From: an uncultured bacterium
GTDB taxonomy: Bacteria; UBP14; UBA6098; B30-G16
Assembly: GCA_965552135.1 (NCBI GenBank)
Contig: CBEVQY010000002.1
Location: 75,434 to 139,433, forward strand
DNA: 64,000 bases
Direction of reading: 5' to 3'
The notes beneath the pieces were generated by a model. That model ran no database searches. It saw only the letters and a list, made by a program, of their open reading frames with translations, and was not told where the DNA came from. Positions 1 through 9,674 of the stretch are shown one piece after another (positions within the stretch are counted from its first letter, which is position 1; the number at the start of each line of letters is the position of its first letter). The translations under genes and the position numbers were made by a program.

Positions 1-7
1 GCCCCCC

Positions 8-1366
8 TCACAAAAGGTGCCGAGCCAGCGCAAGCAGCTTCGGCTGCGAAAGAACGATATCCAAAACGAGCTTGGGTATATCAAGCGAATCCCAGCGCCT
101 GCCCGAAAGCTTTTTGTCCAAAAGCTCTGCCAGCGACTCGAAGTCTTCATCCGTGAGGTTGATCACGCCTTTCCGCAGTTTGGCGTAGAGCTCAAGCTGC
201 CTTCCAAGGCTTTTGTGCCAGCGCCTTTCGTACTCCGCAACGACCCTGTGCGGCTCCCCAAACACATCCGCGATGGTTTGTGCTGCAAGCTTTCCCGAGA
301 ACAGCGCGGAATCTATTCCCGCGCCGCTTATGGCGTTTACGAGTCGTGCCGCATCTCCCGCGAGGATGACGTTTGCGCGTCCCATAGGTTTCACCCGGGG
401 CGCCGCAGGGAGGACGCCGTCGCGACGCTCGAGGATGGCATACCGCCCAAAGCGCCTCTCAAGGAATCGGCTGAGGAACCAGTCCGCCGTCCTGCCGCCG
501 CACTTCGACGGCACAACGCCAACGCCAACGTTGGCAACGCCCGAACCCTTCGGGAAGACCCAGGCATACCCGCCCGGAGCGACATCGTTGCCCCAGTACA
601 TCTCGGGAAAGTGTTCGTCGAGCTCATCCGTTGCCACAAGGACCTGCGCGCACACGTTGAACTGCTCGGCGCCCAGGCGCGCACCCGGATCGACCCACCG
701 CAGCGCCACGCTCCCAACGCCGTCGGCGCCAACCACAAACCTCCCCCTGAACGACACAACGCCCCCGCCGTGCCTTGCCAGGACCTCGCGGGCGCACCCA
801 TCGCCCACAAGCGAAAAAGCCGTAAAGCCCACAAACACCCGGGCGCCATACGCGGCAGCCTCGGAGACGATATCGCGCTCCATTGCAGGTCTTTCGAGGA
901 TGAAGCCAGCCTTGGGGTGGTCGATTCGGACCTGTCGTCCGCGCGGCGAGACCAAGACCGCGCCCTCAACGGTGGTGCTTATCCAGCCGCTGCGCGGCTC
1001 GAACGTGCGGAGAATGCCCTCGGTGCTTATCCCCTCGGCGCAGGACACGGGGAACCCGACGGTGTTTTTCCGCTCCAGGAGCGCCACCGACATTCCAGCC
1101 TTTGCGGCGAAGAGCGCTGCGGTTGCGCCGGCAGGACCCGCGCCGATGACGACGACGTCGTACTCGCCGCCGTCGGCGCGGGGAACGCCCGAGGACTCAA
1201 CCCGCGGCGAAATCGCCCCCAGCGGACAAACGGCGCCGCAGATGCCGCAGTCGTCGCAGGCGTCGGTTATCGTCACGCCCGACGCGCCAACAACTATCGC
1301 GCCCCGCGGACAAAAACACACGCAGCCAAGACAACCAACGCACCTGTCCCTGTCGACGACGAACAT
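8..1366 (-). CDS. Geranylgeranyl reductase family (DGGR-like) FAD oxidoreductase with fused N-terminal 2[4Fe-4S] ferredoxin
   Basis: CxxCxxCxxxCP twice (CVGCLGCVCFCP, CDDCGICGAVCP); GAGPAG FAD motif; CAEG; GADG; PGGYAWVFP; GDAA...GAGI. Confidence 0.85.
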   Translation of the reverse strand: MFVVDRDRCVGCLGCVCFCPRGAIVVGASGVTITDACDDCGICGAVCPLGAISPRVESSGVPRADGGEYDVVVIGAGPAGATAALFAAKAGMSVALLERKNTVGFPVSCAEGISTEGILRTFEPRSGWISTTVEGAVLVSPRGRQVRIDHPKAGFILERPAMERDIVSEAAAYGARVFVGFTAFSLVGDGCAREVLARHGGGVVSFRGRFVVGADGVGSVALRWVDPGARLGAEQFNVCAQVLVATDELDEHFPEMYWGNDVAPGGYAWVFPKGSGVANVGVGVVPSKCGGRTADWFLSRFLERRFGRYAILERRDGVLPAAPRVKPMGRANVILAGDAARLVNAISGAGIDSALFSGKLAAQTIADVFGEPHRVVAEYERRWHKSLGRQLELYAKLRKGVINLTDEDFESLAELLDKKLSGRRWDSLDIPKLVLDIVLSQPKLLALARHLL

Positions 1367-1369
1367 CGC

Positions 1370-1636
1370 TTAGCGCAAAGCTTTGATTACGTGCAAAACG
1401 CCGATTCCGACGAAGAGCGCGCCCGCGATGAGGTTCATAACCCTTGGCGGCACGTATTTCCCAAGCAGGCTCCCTGCAGCGCAGCCCAAGGCGGTGATGA
1501 CGACAAGCGCAGCCGAGGCTCCCAAGAAGGTGAGCCAGGGCTTCCCCGACGATGCGAAGCCGATGACAGCAAGCTGGGTTTTGTCGCCAAGCTCCGCCAG
1601 GAAGACAGCGGCGAAAACCTTCAAAAGCTCGCCCAT
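1370..1636 (-). CDS. TMEM165/GDT1 (UPF0016) family cation (Mn2+/Ca2+) transporter, single-repeat form
   Basis: AELGDKTQL signature; 88 aa with about 3 hydrophobic segments. Confidence 0.85.
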   Translation of the reverse strand: MGELLKVFAAVFLAELGDKTQLAVIGFASSGKPWLTFLGASAALVVITALGCAAGSLLGKYVPPRVMNLIAGALFVGIGVLHVIKALR

Positions 1637-1638
1637 CG

Positions 1639-2292
1639 CTACCCCCTCTTCCTTCGGTACATATCTTCGTCGGCGCGGGCTATTAAGCTTTCGGGCGTGT
1701 CTCCCGCCCTGGCGACGGCAACGCCGGCGCTGAACGAAACCGAAGAGTACCGCCGGAACTTCTCGCGAACAACACGCAAAAACTCCTCGGCGCCCTCCGC
1801 GGTACGGAAAAGCACGACGACGAACTCATCGCCGCCGTAGCGCGCAATAAACTCCTCGCCCGTAAGATAGGACTTCACCGCAAGGACCAAAAGCCTGAGA
1901 ACCTCATCCCCCGCAGCGTGACCGCGGGCATCGTTGTAGCGCTTGAAGCCATCGATATCTATGAAGATCACCGACACCACATCACGCAAAGCCAAAACCC
2001 TCTCAAGCTCGTCGAAGAGGAAGAGTCTGTTGTAGGCTCCCGTAAGCGGATCGGTTATAGTAAGCTGGTGGAGCCGCCGCATGACGCTCTTTTGACCCTC
2101 CCAAAGGTATAAACCAAAGCCGACCAAAAGCACGAACGGCAAGATGAACCTTATTACGTGCCACGGCGTCTTAAAGGAGAGCGACATTGCGTCGTCCAAA
2201 AAGAGCAGGGCTATTGTGACTATGCACGCCCACACGATGAAGAATCCGAACGGCGCCGCACCAGGCGCCTTTTTCAACGCCCTGCCCATCAC
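1639..2292 (-). CDS. Membrane-anchored diguanylate cyclase (2 TM + GGDEF)
   Basis: TDPLTGAYNR, DIDGFKRYND, GHAAGD, RYGGDEF, RADEDMY. Confidence 0.9.
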   Translation of the reverse strand: MMGRALKKAPGAAPFGFFIVWACIVTIALLFLDDAMSLSFKTPWHVIRFILPFVLLVGFGLYLWEGQKSVMRRLHQLTITDPLTGAYNRLFLFDELERVLALRDVVSVIFIDIDGFKRYNDARGHAAGDEVLRLLVLAVKSYLTGEEFIARYGGDEFVVVLFRTAEGAEEFLRVVREKFRRYSSVSFSAGVAVARAGDTPESLIARADEDMYRRKRG

Positions 2293-3383
2293 CTGCTTAC
2301 GGGGATGATTATATCGGAAAGCTTTTTGGGCAGCTGCTCGGTGAGGAGCTGAAAGCCCTTTTCGGTCACAACTGCGTCGTCTTCGATGCGCACCCCGCCC
2401 CAGCCCGGGATGTATATCCCAGGCTCAACGGTCACCACCGCGTCGGGAGGGATCGGCTCCTCGTTTTTGGGGCTAAGGCGCGGCTCATCGTGCACCAAAA
2501 GCCCAAGACCGTGACCAAGGCTGTGACCGAAGTAGTCCCCGTACCCGGCATCCCTTATCACCGAGCGCGCAAGCTCATCGATCGCCTTGCCGGTCATCCC
2601 GGCTTTCCCGCCCCGTATTGCCGCCTCTTGCGCCGAAAGGACCACCTCGTATATGCGCTTGAACTTTTCGTCGGGCTCGCCGAGGAAGAAGGTTCTCGTT
2701 ATGTCGGCGGCGTAGCCGTCGTAGGTGGCGCCGAAGTCAACCACGACCATCTCGCCCGCCTCGATCGCCTTGTCGGATGCGATTCCGTGCGGCAGAGCGG
2801 CGCGCCAGCCAGAGGCAACTATCGTCTCAAACGGCGCCTTTTCGCTCCCCTTGCGCCTCAGGCGATACTCAAGCTCCGCCGCAAACTCCTTCTCGGTTAT
2901 CCCGGGGCGCAGAAGGGGCAGGGTCTCCGCCAAAGCCTCCATCGCCACCCGCGCCGCTGATCTTATCTTCTCGATCTCCGAGGGTTCCTTGCGGGCGCGC
3001 AGCGCAGCAACAGGCGAACGAAGAGGTATAAAGTTCACCGACGAAAACCGCGCCGAAAGCCTGCGGTAAAGGCTGTAGCTGACCTTCTCCCCGTCGAAGC
3101 CAACGTACCTCTTCCCCGCAAAGACGCCAAGCTCATCGAGGATGTCGATGTAGCCCTTGTCGTGCGTCGTTATGTGGATCTCGGCTTTGTCTCCCACCTC
3201 CTTTTCGGCCTGCGTTTCGTACCTGAAGTCGGTCATGAAGACCGTCCGCTCGGGCGACACCCAAAGCATAGCCGCTGATCCCGTGAAGCCGGCAAGATAC
3301 CGTATGTCGACGCCCCAGGTCACGAGGAATCCGTCGAGGCGCTCGACGGTCAAAAGCTCGACGAAGCGGTCAAGCCTGCTCAT
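2289..3383 (-). CDS. Xaa-Pro aminopeptidase/prolidase (peptidase M24B)
   Basis: DFGA..GY.ADITRT, HSLGHGLGL..HD.P, TVEPGIY, GVRIEDD. Confidence 0.92.
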   Translation of the reverse strand: MSRLDRFVELLTVERLDGFLVTWGVDIRYLAGFTGSAAMLWVSPERTVFMTDFRYETQAEKEVGDKAEIHITTHDKGYIDILDELGVFAGKRYVGFDGEKVSYSLYRRLSARFSSVNFIPLRSPVAALRARKEPSEIEKIRSAARVAMEALAETLPLLRPGITEKEFAAELEYRLRRKGSEKAPFETIVASGWRAALPHGIASDKAIEAGEMVVVDFGATYDGYAADITRTFFLGEPDEKFKRIYEVVLSAQEAAIRGGKAGMTGKAIDELARSVIRDAGYGDYFGHSLGHGLGLLVHDEPRLSPKNEEPIPPDAVVTVEPGIYIPGWGGVRIEDDAVVTEKGFQLLTEQLPKKLSDIIIPVSR

Positions 3384-3460
3384 ACCAGACCTCCGTTTTC
3401 GCGCGTTGGGGAAAAGATAGGCAAACGCCCATCGCGCTCAAAGCGAAAGTTTTTTCGAGC

Positions 3461-3967
3461 TCAGGCTTTAAGCTTTGGGACGGCTTGTGCGAGGACGCCA
3501 ACAACCGCTCCTGCGACAATCGACCACAGCGCCGACGCGGGGACAAACCAAGCGAAAAACTCCCCTCTCCCCATAAGCGCCGCAGCGACCGAGATCTGCG
3601 CAAGCTGGTGCGAGAAAGCCCCAGCCACGCTCACGCCGACGGCGGAGAAGGCTCTGCCGAGTGCCGGCATCATAAGCGCCATAGCCGCGCATGCGCACAG
3701 CGTTCCCGCCAGCGAGAGCAGGAAAGCGGGCGAGGCTATTTTGCCGAGCATCACGGAGCCCACAGCGGTCCTTGCAAGCGCAACGGCCACGCCCGTGGAG
3801 ACGCCGAGATCGCGCATCGCAACGATGACGACGACGTACGAAAGCCCTGGCTTCATCCACGGCGCAGGCCGCGGGAGGAACTCCTCGACGATCCACACCG
3901 CCAACGCCAGCGCAGAAAGCACACTTATCCGCGCCAGGCGCGAAAGCCTTTTACCGGAGTATGGCAT
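3461..3967 (-). CDS. Gx transporter family membrane protein (heptaprenyl diphosphate synthase component I-like)
   Basis: E..LP.P.PWMKPGLS, SLAG, S.VGVSV.GAFSHQLAQ; multi-TM; adjacent to NusG-II gene as is typical. Confidence 0.8.
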   Translation of the reverse strand: MPYSGKRLSRLARISVLSALALAVWIVEEFLPRPAPWMKPGLSYVVVIVAMRDLGVSTGVAVALARTAVGSVMLGKIASPAFLLSLAGTLCACAAMALMMPALGRAFSAVGVSVAGAFSHQLAQISVAAALMGRGEFFAWFVPASALWSIVAGAVVGVLAQAVPKLKA

Positions 3968-4328
3968 CGTACCTGCACCTGCCCTCCGCAGCCACGAAAA
4001 GCCCGTTCGGAACGCAGACTATCACCTGGCCCGCCCTGGATATCTCTCCAGCCTTTACGCAAAGTTTTTTGGGGCAGCTGGAGCTTACGATTCGCGCTGC
4101 GCCGCCACTGATGGAGACGACCACATCGCCCAACGGCGCATCGACCACGATGGTCGTATCTGCGTTTGCCGGCACCGCCGCAACGACACGACCGCCAACC
4201 ACAACGACAAACCGCCGCGCATCCTCCGAACGGCGAAGCGCAAAGGGCAACACGCCAACGACGACCACAACGGCGAAAACGATAAAGTCGCCCCACCGAA
4301 GGGAAAAAAGGCGCCTTATCTTATCCAT
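3951..4328 (-). CDS. NusG domain II-containing exported protein
   Basis: N-terminal TM, SSCPKKLCVKAGEI and IVCVPN cysteine pattern; start uncertain (4346 alternative). Confidence 0.8.
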   Translation of the reverse strand: MDKIRRLFSLRWGDFIVFAVVVVVGVLPFALRRSEDARRFVVVVGGRVVAAVPANADTTIVVDAPLGDVVVSISGGAARIVSSSCPKKLCVKAGEISRAGQVIVCVPNGLFVAAEGRCRYDAILR

Positions 4329-5284
4329 CCGTGCTCCCGGTACCACTGCACCGTCTTCGAAACGCCGGCTTCAAGATCAAACCTTGGACTGAAGCCAAGC
4401 TGACGGGATATTTTGCTCGAGTCGGCAACCCAGGGAGAGAGTAGCTCCCGGACCTTTTGGAAGGATAGCAGCGGCGCCCTTTGCGCGACGAGTGACCACG
4501 CCTCGTCGAGCACAGCAGCGCCCCACAAAGCCAGCGCGGGGAGCCTGATTATAGGTCTTCCGCCGAAGGCGCGGGAGACGACGCGGGCAAACTCCCCCCA
4601 CGTGTGCACAGCGCCGTCGGTGACGAAGTACGTCTCCCCCACCGCCGACGGATGCTCCATCGAGAGGACCACAGCCTCCGCGAGGTCCTCGACGTACACG
4701 ATGGAGAACCTTCGCTTCGGGTCGCCGACGACGGGAACAAAACCCATGCTCGCAAGCCTGAAGTAAAAGAAGATGTCCCTGTCCCTGGGGCCATAGACCG
4801 CCGGCGGGCGGATCACCGTCACGGGAAGCCTGTCGGCAAACTCGTTGGCGTACCTTTCGCCCAAAAGCTTGCTTTTGCCGTAGTCGGAGAGCGGAGCTGG
4901 CAGCGTGTCTTCGCCTATGGGTTTGTCTGAGGGTCGAACGGCGGCAAGCGAACTCACGAGGACAAAGCGCTCAAGCTTTGGCGCGCGGCGCCCGCACCAC
5001 TCAAGCCAAAGGCGAACTGCCTCGCCGTTCACCTCGAAAAGGTCGCTGCGCCTGCGGGCTTTGGTCAAACCCGCGATGTGCACGAAATAGTCGGGGGGAT
5101 CAACATCGCTGACCGTGTCGGGGGCAAGGAGATCGCACCTTATCACATCGACGCCTTCGGGCAGGTGGTCGGTTCTGCTTGTGCCCCTCGCCAGGACCAC
5201 CACGCCAAACCCCCTGCGCGCCAAAAGCTCAACAACTGCGCTGCCTACAAAACCCGTCCCACCTGTGACGAAAACCCTCTTCAT
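4316..5284 (-). CDS. NAD-dependent epimerase/dehydratase (extended SDR)
   Basis: MKRVFVTGGTGFVG, SSLAA, YGKSK, RPPAVYGP; start at ATGA overlap with upstream stop. Confidence 0.88.
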   Translation of the reverse strand: MKRVFVTGGTGFVGSAVVELLARRGFGVVVLARGTSRTDHLPEGVDVIRCDLLAPDTVSDVDPPDYFVHIAGLTKARRRSDLFEVNGEAVRLWLEWCGRRAPKLERFVLVSSLAAVRPSDKPIGEDTLPAPLSDYGKSKLLGERYANEFADRLPVTVIRPPAVYGPRDRDIFFYFRLASMGFVPVVGDPKRRFSIVYVEDLAEAVVLSMEHPSAVGETYFVTDGAVHTWGEFARVVSRAFGGRPIIRLPALALWGAAVLDEAWSLVAQRAPLLSFQKVRELLSPWVADSSKISRQLGFSPRFDLEAGVSKTVQWYREHGWIR

Positions 5285-6618
5285 CGCCTGCCGCGGCTTT
5301 TGAAGATCTTCGCGAACCATCCGAATCCCGAAAACCGCGCCTCGTAGGTGACGCGGTACAGCATCACCGCCCCCAGAACAAGCATAAGTATATTCCCGCT
5401 CCACATAGCCAGCGCTGGAGGGAGGATGCCCCTGTCGGCAAGCTCCTCGCCACCTATGAGGAACGCCCAGTAGACGAGGAAGAATCCGAACGAGAGCCCC
5501 ACCGCCATCCCCAGCCCGCCTCTGCGCGCCCAAGCGCCAACCGGCGCACCAACCAAAAGAAAAGCCAAACACGCAAAGGGGAGCGAATACTTCTTGTGAA
5601 GCTCGACTTTGAGCTTTCGCATATAACGTGTGGCGTCGCGGAGCTCCACAAGCTGCCGCCTGAGGCGGGCAAGCACCTTCTTTTGGCGCAGAAGCGCTCG
5701 CTTTGTGGGGTTAGCCCTGAGTCGCCACTGGCGCCCGCGCGGGCGAAAGAGGGAGTCGACGGCGCAGGCGACTATGCTGCGCATGGCACATCGGGCTTTC
5801 TCTATGCGACGCGCAGTCTCAGATATCCTGTCCTTCAAAGCCGATATCGAAAGCTCTCTGTCGCCTCGGCGTGCGAGCTTTGCCTCGCCAAGCCTTGTGC
5901 CCAGATCCCCGATCCTTATCACCTGGCGGCTGAATCGCGCCCGTATGTATCGCTCGGGGTCGTCGGGGTCGAGCTCGTGGATCTCGCCGTTTTTCAGCGT
6001 GAAGACGACGGCATCTCCCTGCGGGTCGTAGCGAACTTCGCCCTCGGGCGCAACTATCACGCGAGGCTTCTGACCGCGGCGCTTCTCGTAAAGCGTTACG
6101 CCGTAGAGCTTGCCCGCCCTGTCGTCCACGCGATCAACGTAAAGCTCTATGCCGGGGAACTCGTCGATGAAGACCCTGGGACGAAGCGTCGTAAGCGGCT
6201 TTTTGCGGTGTATCTGCACCATAAGCACCTTTGCGCGGTAGTTGGCTTCGGGAACGACCTTATCGCCGAAAAGCACCATACCAACCGAAACAGCCGCCAT
6301 AGCCAAAGCCGCGGGCAGCATAAGCCTCCAAAACGGTATCCCCAAGGCTTTTGCCGCAGTTATCTCGCTGTCGCCCGAAAGCCTGCCGAAAGCCATAAGA
6401 GAAGCGACAAGGCTCGACATCGGCACCGCAAGCGAGAACATCCAGGCGAGGTTATACAGAAAAAGCCTTAGCACCACAAAAACGCCAACGCCCTTGGCGA
6501 TTATCAGATTGAGGATGTCGAGCAAAAAATCAAGAAGGAGCACGAAAAGTATAACCCCAAGCCCGCCCAGAAAGGGCGGGATAAGCTCGCGGATTATGTA
6601 CCTGTCGAGAACCTTCAC
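5281..6618 (-). CDS. LptF/LptG family LPS export permease
   Basis: LDRYIIRE start, GRLSGDSEITA, ELHKKYSLPFAC; 6-TM layout with periplasmic domain. Confidence 0.88.
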   Translation of the reverse strand: MKVLDRYIIRELIPPFLGGLGVILFVLLLDFLLDILNLIIAKGVGVFVVLRLFLYNLAWMFSLAVPMSSLVASLMAFGRLSGDSEITAAKALGIPFWRLMLPAALAMAAVSVGMVLFGDKVVPEANYRAKVLMVQIHRKKPLTTLRPRVFIDEFPGIELYVDRVDDRAGKLYGVTLYEKRRGQKPRVIVAPEGEVRYDPQGDAVVFTLKNGEIHELDPDDPERYIRARFSRQVIRIGDLGTRLGEAKLARRGDRELSISALKDRISETARRIEKARCAMRSIVACAVDSLFRPRGRQWRLRANPTKRALLRQKKVLARLRRQLVELRDATRYMRKLKVELHKKYSLPFACLAFLLVGAPVGAWARRGGLGMAVGLSFGFFLVYWAFLIGGEELADRGILPPALAMWSGNILMLVLGAVMLYRVTYEARFSGFGWFAKIFKSRGRR

Positions 6619-6627
6619 CCAAAGGGC

Positions 6628-6819
6628 TTAGTTGTCGCCTGCCCGCCTGTCGGCAAGAAGCTTGCCCCTTATGCCCACGTTCTCGGGCGGATTCTCCTTC
6701 ACAAGAACAACTATGTGCTCTATCCCGTAGACCTCAAAAGCGACCTCGTAAACGCCCTTGACGAGCTTTCGCTTCTGCTCAACGCTTATGGGCGGACCCT
6801 CGACCACAACAGTCGGCAT
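6628..6819 (-). CDS. 4-oxalocrotonate tautomerase family protein (DmpI-like)
   Basis: Catalytic Pro-1 (MPTV), EQKRKLV, ENVG..G; GGAGG RBS upstream. Confidence 0.85.
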   Translation of the reverse strand: MPTVVVEGPPISVEQKRKLVKGVYEVAFEVYGIEHIVVLVKENPPENVGIRGKLLADRRAGDN

Positions 6820-6955
6820 CGGAAACCTCCCTGAAAGGCGTTAGCCTGCAGTCTAAAAAAAGCATTGGCGCTTCGTCTGACAAGAGGATTATCAAGCCGT
6901 TTGCGTTCGGCACCCAAACAAGTTATTTTGTTTTGTTTGGATGCGGGAGGTTTCT

Positions 6956-9412
6956 ATGCCGTTTGAGGAGGCTCGCCAGGACATCCTGCCTGTGGACATC
7001 GAGGAGGAGATGAAGCGCTCCTACCTCGACTACGCCATGAGCACCATAGTTGGTCGTGCGCTGCCGGACGTTCGGGATGGGCTCAAGCCCGTTCAGCGCA
7101 GAATCCTCTACTCGATGTACGAGATGGGCAACCTCCACAACAAGCCCTACAAGAAATCCGCCCGGGTCGTTGGTGACGTTATGGGGAAGTACCATCCCCA
7201 CGGCGACGCAGCGATATACGACGCCCTCGTTCGGATGGCGCAGGACTTTTCGATGAGGTACGTCCTTGTGGACGGTCAGGGCAACTTTGGCTCCGTCGAC
7301 GGCGACGCCCCCGCGGCGATGCGATACACCGAGGTTCGGATGTCGCGGCTTGCCGAAGAGCTTTTGGCGGACATCGACGAGGAGACCGTCGACTTCGTCC
7401 CCAACTACGACAACACCCTCAGGGAGCCGCGGTTTCTGCCGGCGAAGTTCCCGAACCTGCTCGTAAACGGCGCATCTGGCATAGCCGTTGGGATGGCGAC
7501 GAACATCCCGCCGCACAACCTCGCCGAGGTCGTCGACGCACTGCTGCACCTCATCGAAAACCCGGACTGCACCGTCCAGGACCTCATGCGGTTCCTGCCC
7601 GGTCCGGACTTCCCCACGGCGGGCTTTATAATAGGCAGGGGCGGTATAAGGGAAGCCTACGAGACCGGTCGTGGGATAATCACGCTGCGCGCGAGGATGT
7701 ACGTCGAGCAGGGGCAGCGCGGCGCAAGAGACAAGATCGTCGTAACGGAAATACCGTATCAGGTGAACAAGGCGCAGCTCATAGAGCAGATAGCCGCCCT
7801 CGTCCAGTCGGAGCGGCTAAAGGAGATAGCCGACATCCGCGACGAGTCCGACAGGGAGGGCATGCGCGTGGTCATAGAGCTCAAGCGCGGAGAAAACCCA
7901 CAGATAGTTGTGAACAAGCTCTACAAGCTCACCAAGCTTCAGACGAGCTACGGTATAATAATGCTTGCGCTTGTTGATGGTCGACCGCGCGTGCTCAACC
8001 TCAAGCAGATGCTCGCCGCCTACATCGACCACAGGCGCCAGGTGGTGATAAGGCGAACCCGATTCAGGCTTCGCAAGGCGCGGCAAAAAGCCCACATACT
8101 TGAGGGGCTCAAAACCGCCCTCGAGAACATCGACAAGGTCATAAACATAATCCGCAAAAGCAAAGACACCCAAACCGCTAAAGCGAGCCTTATGAGCCTG
8201 CTTTCCCTCTCGGATGCTCAGGCACAGGCGATACTCGACATGCGCCTGGCGCGCCTAACCTCCCTCGAGCGGTCAAAGCTTTTGGCGGAGCTTAAGGACA
8301 CGCTGATGCTCATAGAAAAGCTTGAGGGCATTCTCGCAAGCCCACAGAAGGTGCTCGACGTCGTCGCGGAGGAACTCGCGGAGATCAAAAAGGAATACGC
8401 CGACGAGAGGCGCACCCAGATCCTCGACGAGGAGGGTGAGATAGCGATCGAGGACATAATAGCCGACGAGGAGATGGTCGTTTCGGTCACGAGGGGGTGC
8501 TACATAAAGCGGACGCCGGTTTCGCTGTACCAGTCGCAGCGGCGAGGCGGAAGAGGCAAAACGGCGATGTCGACGAAGGAGGAGGACTTCGTGGAGAACC
8601 TGTTCGTCGCATCCTCACACGACACTATGATATTCTTCACCAAAAAGGGCAAGGCATACTCCCTCAAGGTCTACGAGATTCCCGAAGCCGGGCGGTACTC
8701 GAAGGGGACGGCGATAGTGAACCTGCTCCAGCTCGAGCCCGGGGATTCCATAGCCGCCACGGTCTCCACGCGGGAGTTTTCGGAGGATGCCTTCGTCCTG
8801 TTCGCGACGCGGAAGGGCTACGTCAAAAGGACGCCGCTTTCCGCCTTCCGGAACGCCCGACGGAGGGGGATCGTCGCGATAGACGTCCCCCAGGACGACG
8901 AGCTTATAGCCTGCGAGATAGCCTCACAGGACGAGGACGTGATGCTTGTGACCCGCGGGGGGATTTCGATCCGTTTTCCCGTCGGTCAGGTCAGGGCAAT
9001 GGGGCGCACCGCAAGGGGCGTTATAGGCATAAGGCTTCGCGAGGGCGATGAGGTCGTCGCGATGGTGGTCGTAAAGGACGAGGGGAGCACGATCCTCTTT
9101 GCCGCCGAAAACGGCTACGGCAAGCGCACGAAAACCTCCGAGTTCAGGCGCCAGAGTCGGGCTGGCTTCGGGGTCATAGCGATGCGCACCACCGAAAAGA
9201 CCGGTCCCGTGGTCGGCGCAGTCGAGGTGACCGACGAGGACGAGATCGTAATGGTCAACTCCGACGGAATGCTTGTGAGGACATCCGCGGGCGGGATATC
9301 CGTCATGGGGCGCGCCACGCAGGGGGTAAAGCTCATAGCGCTTGCGCCCGGACAGAAGCTCACAGGGCTTGCCAAGGTGGTCGAAAAGGAGCAGCAGGAG
9401 CAACCCATCTAA
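6956..9412 (+). CDS. gyrA: DNA gyrase subunit A
   Basis: [28 protein letters not shown] catalytic Tyr, GyrA-box QRRGGRG, beta-pinwheel repeats; GGGAGG RBS. Confidence 0.97.
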   Translation: MPFEEARQDILPVDIEEEMKRSYLDYAMSTIVGRALPDVRDGLKPVQRRILYSMYEMGNLHNKPYKKSARVVGDVMGKYHPHGDAAIYDALVRMAQDFSMRYVLVDGQGNFGSVDGDAPAAMRYTEVRMSRLAEELLADIDEETVDFVPNYDNTLREPRFLPAKFPNLLVNGASGIAVGMATNIPPHNLAEVVDALLHLIENPDCTVQDLMRFLPGPDFPTAGFIIGRGGIREAYETGRGIITLRARMYVEQGQRGARDKIVVTEIPYQVNKAQLIEQIAALVQSERLKEIADIRDESDREGMRVVIELKRGENPQIVVNKLYKLTKLQTSYGIIMLALVDGRPRVLNLKQMLAAYIDHRRQVVIRRTRFRLRKARQKAHILEGLKTALENIDKVINIIRKSKDTQTAKASLMSLLSLSDAQAQAILDMRLARLTSLERSKLLAELKDTLMLIEKLEGILASPQKVLDVVAEELAEIKKEYADERRTQILDEEGEIAIEDIIADEEMVVSVTRGCYIKRTPVSLYQSQRRGGRGKTAMSTKEEDFVENLFVASSHDTMIFFTKKGKAYSLKVYEIPEAGRYSKGTAIVNLLQLEPGDSIAATVSTREFSEDAFVLFATRKGYVKRTPLSAFRNARRRGIVAIDVPQDDELIACEIASQDEDVMLVTRGGISIRFPVGQVRAMGRTARGVIGIRLREGDEVVAMVVVKDEGSTILFAAENGYGKRTKTSEFRRQSRAGFGVIAMRTTEKTGPVVGAVEVTDEDEIVMVNSDGMLVRTSAGGISVMGRATQGVKLIALAPGQKLTGLAKVVEKEQQEQPI

Positions 9413-9674
9413 GCGTCGCCCCCGCGGGAGCTCAGCGCACCCGAAGATAACACGCCGCCAACCGAAGCGCCCAAGCGAAAAAGAGTCCTCGTAAGCACCT
9501 GCGGAAACGCAGCGCCGAAGATCTTGGCGCCCCCGCCCAAGGCCTTCCCTGGCGCCCGTCCCGTAGATGCCACCATCGAAAGCCCGGAAAGCCACCGTCA
9601 AAACCTTGCCGCCCCGAACGCAGCCCAAATGAGGCAACAAGCCGGCCCCACAGGCGGGGGCTCTTCGAAAAGGC

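Noticed and set aside
17..1840. Long antisense and alternate-frame ORFs (e.g. 17-1840, 15624-17300, 28374-29990, 44320-45666)
   Set aside because: They shadow well-supported genes, carry no motifs, and are expected in GC-rich DNA with few stop codons
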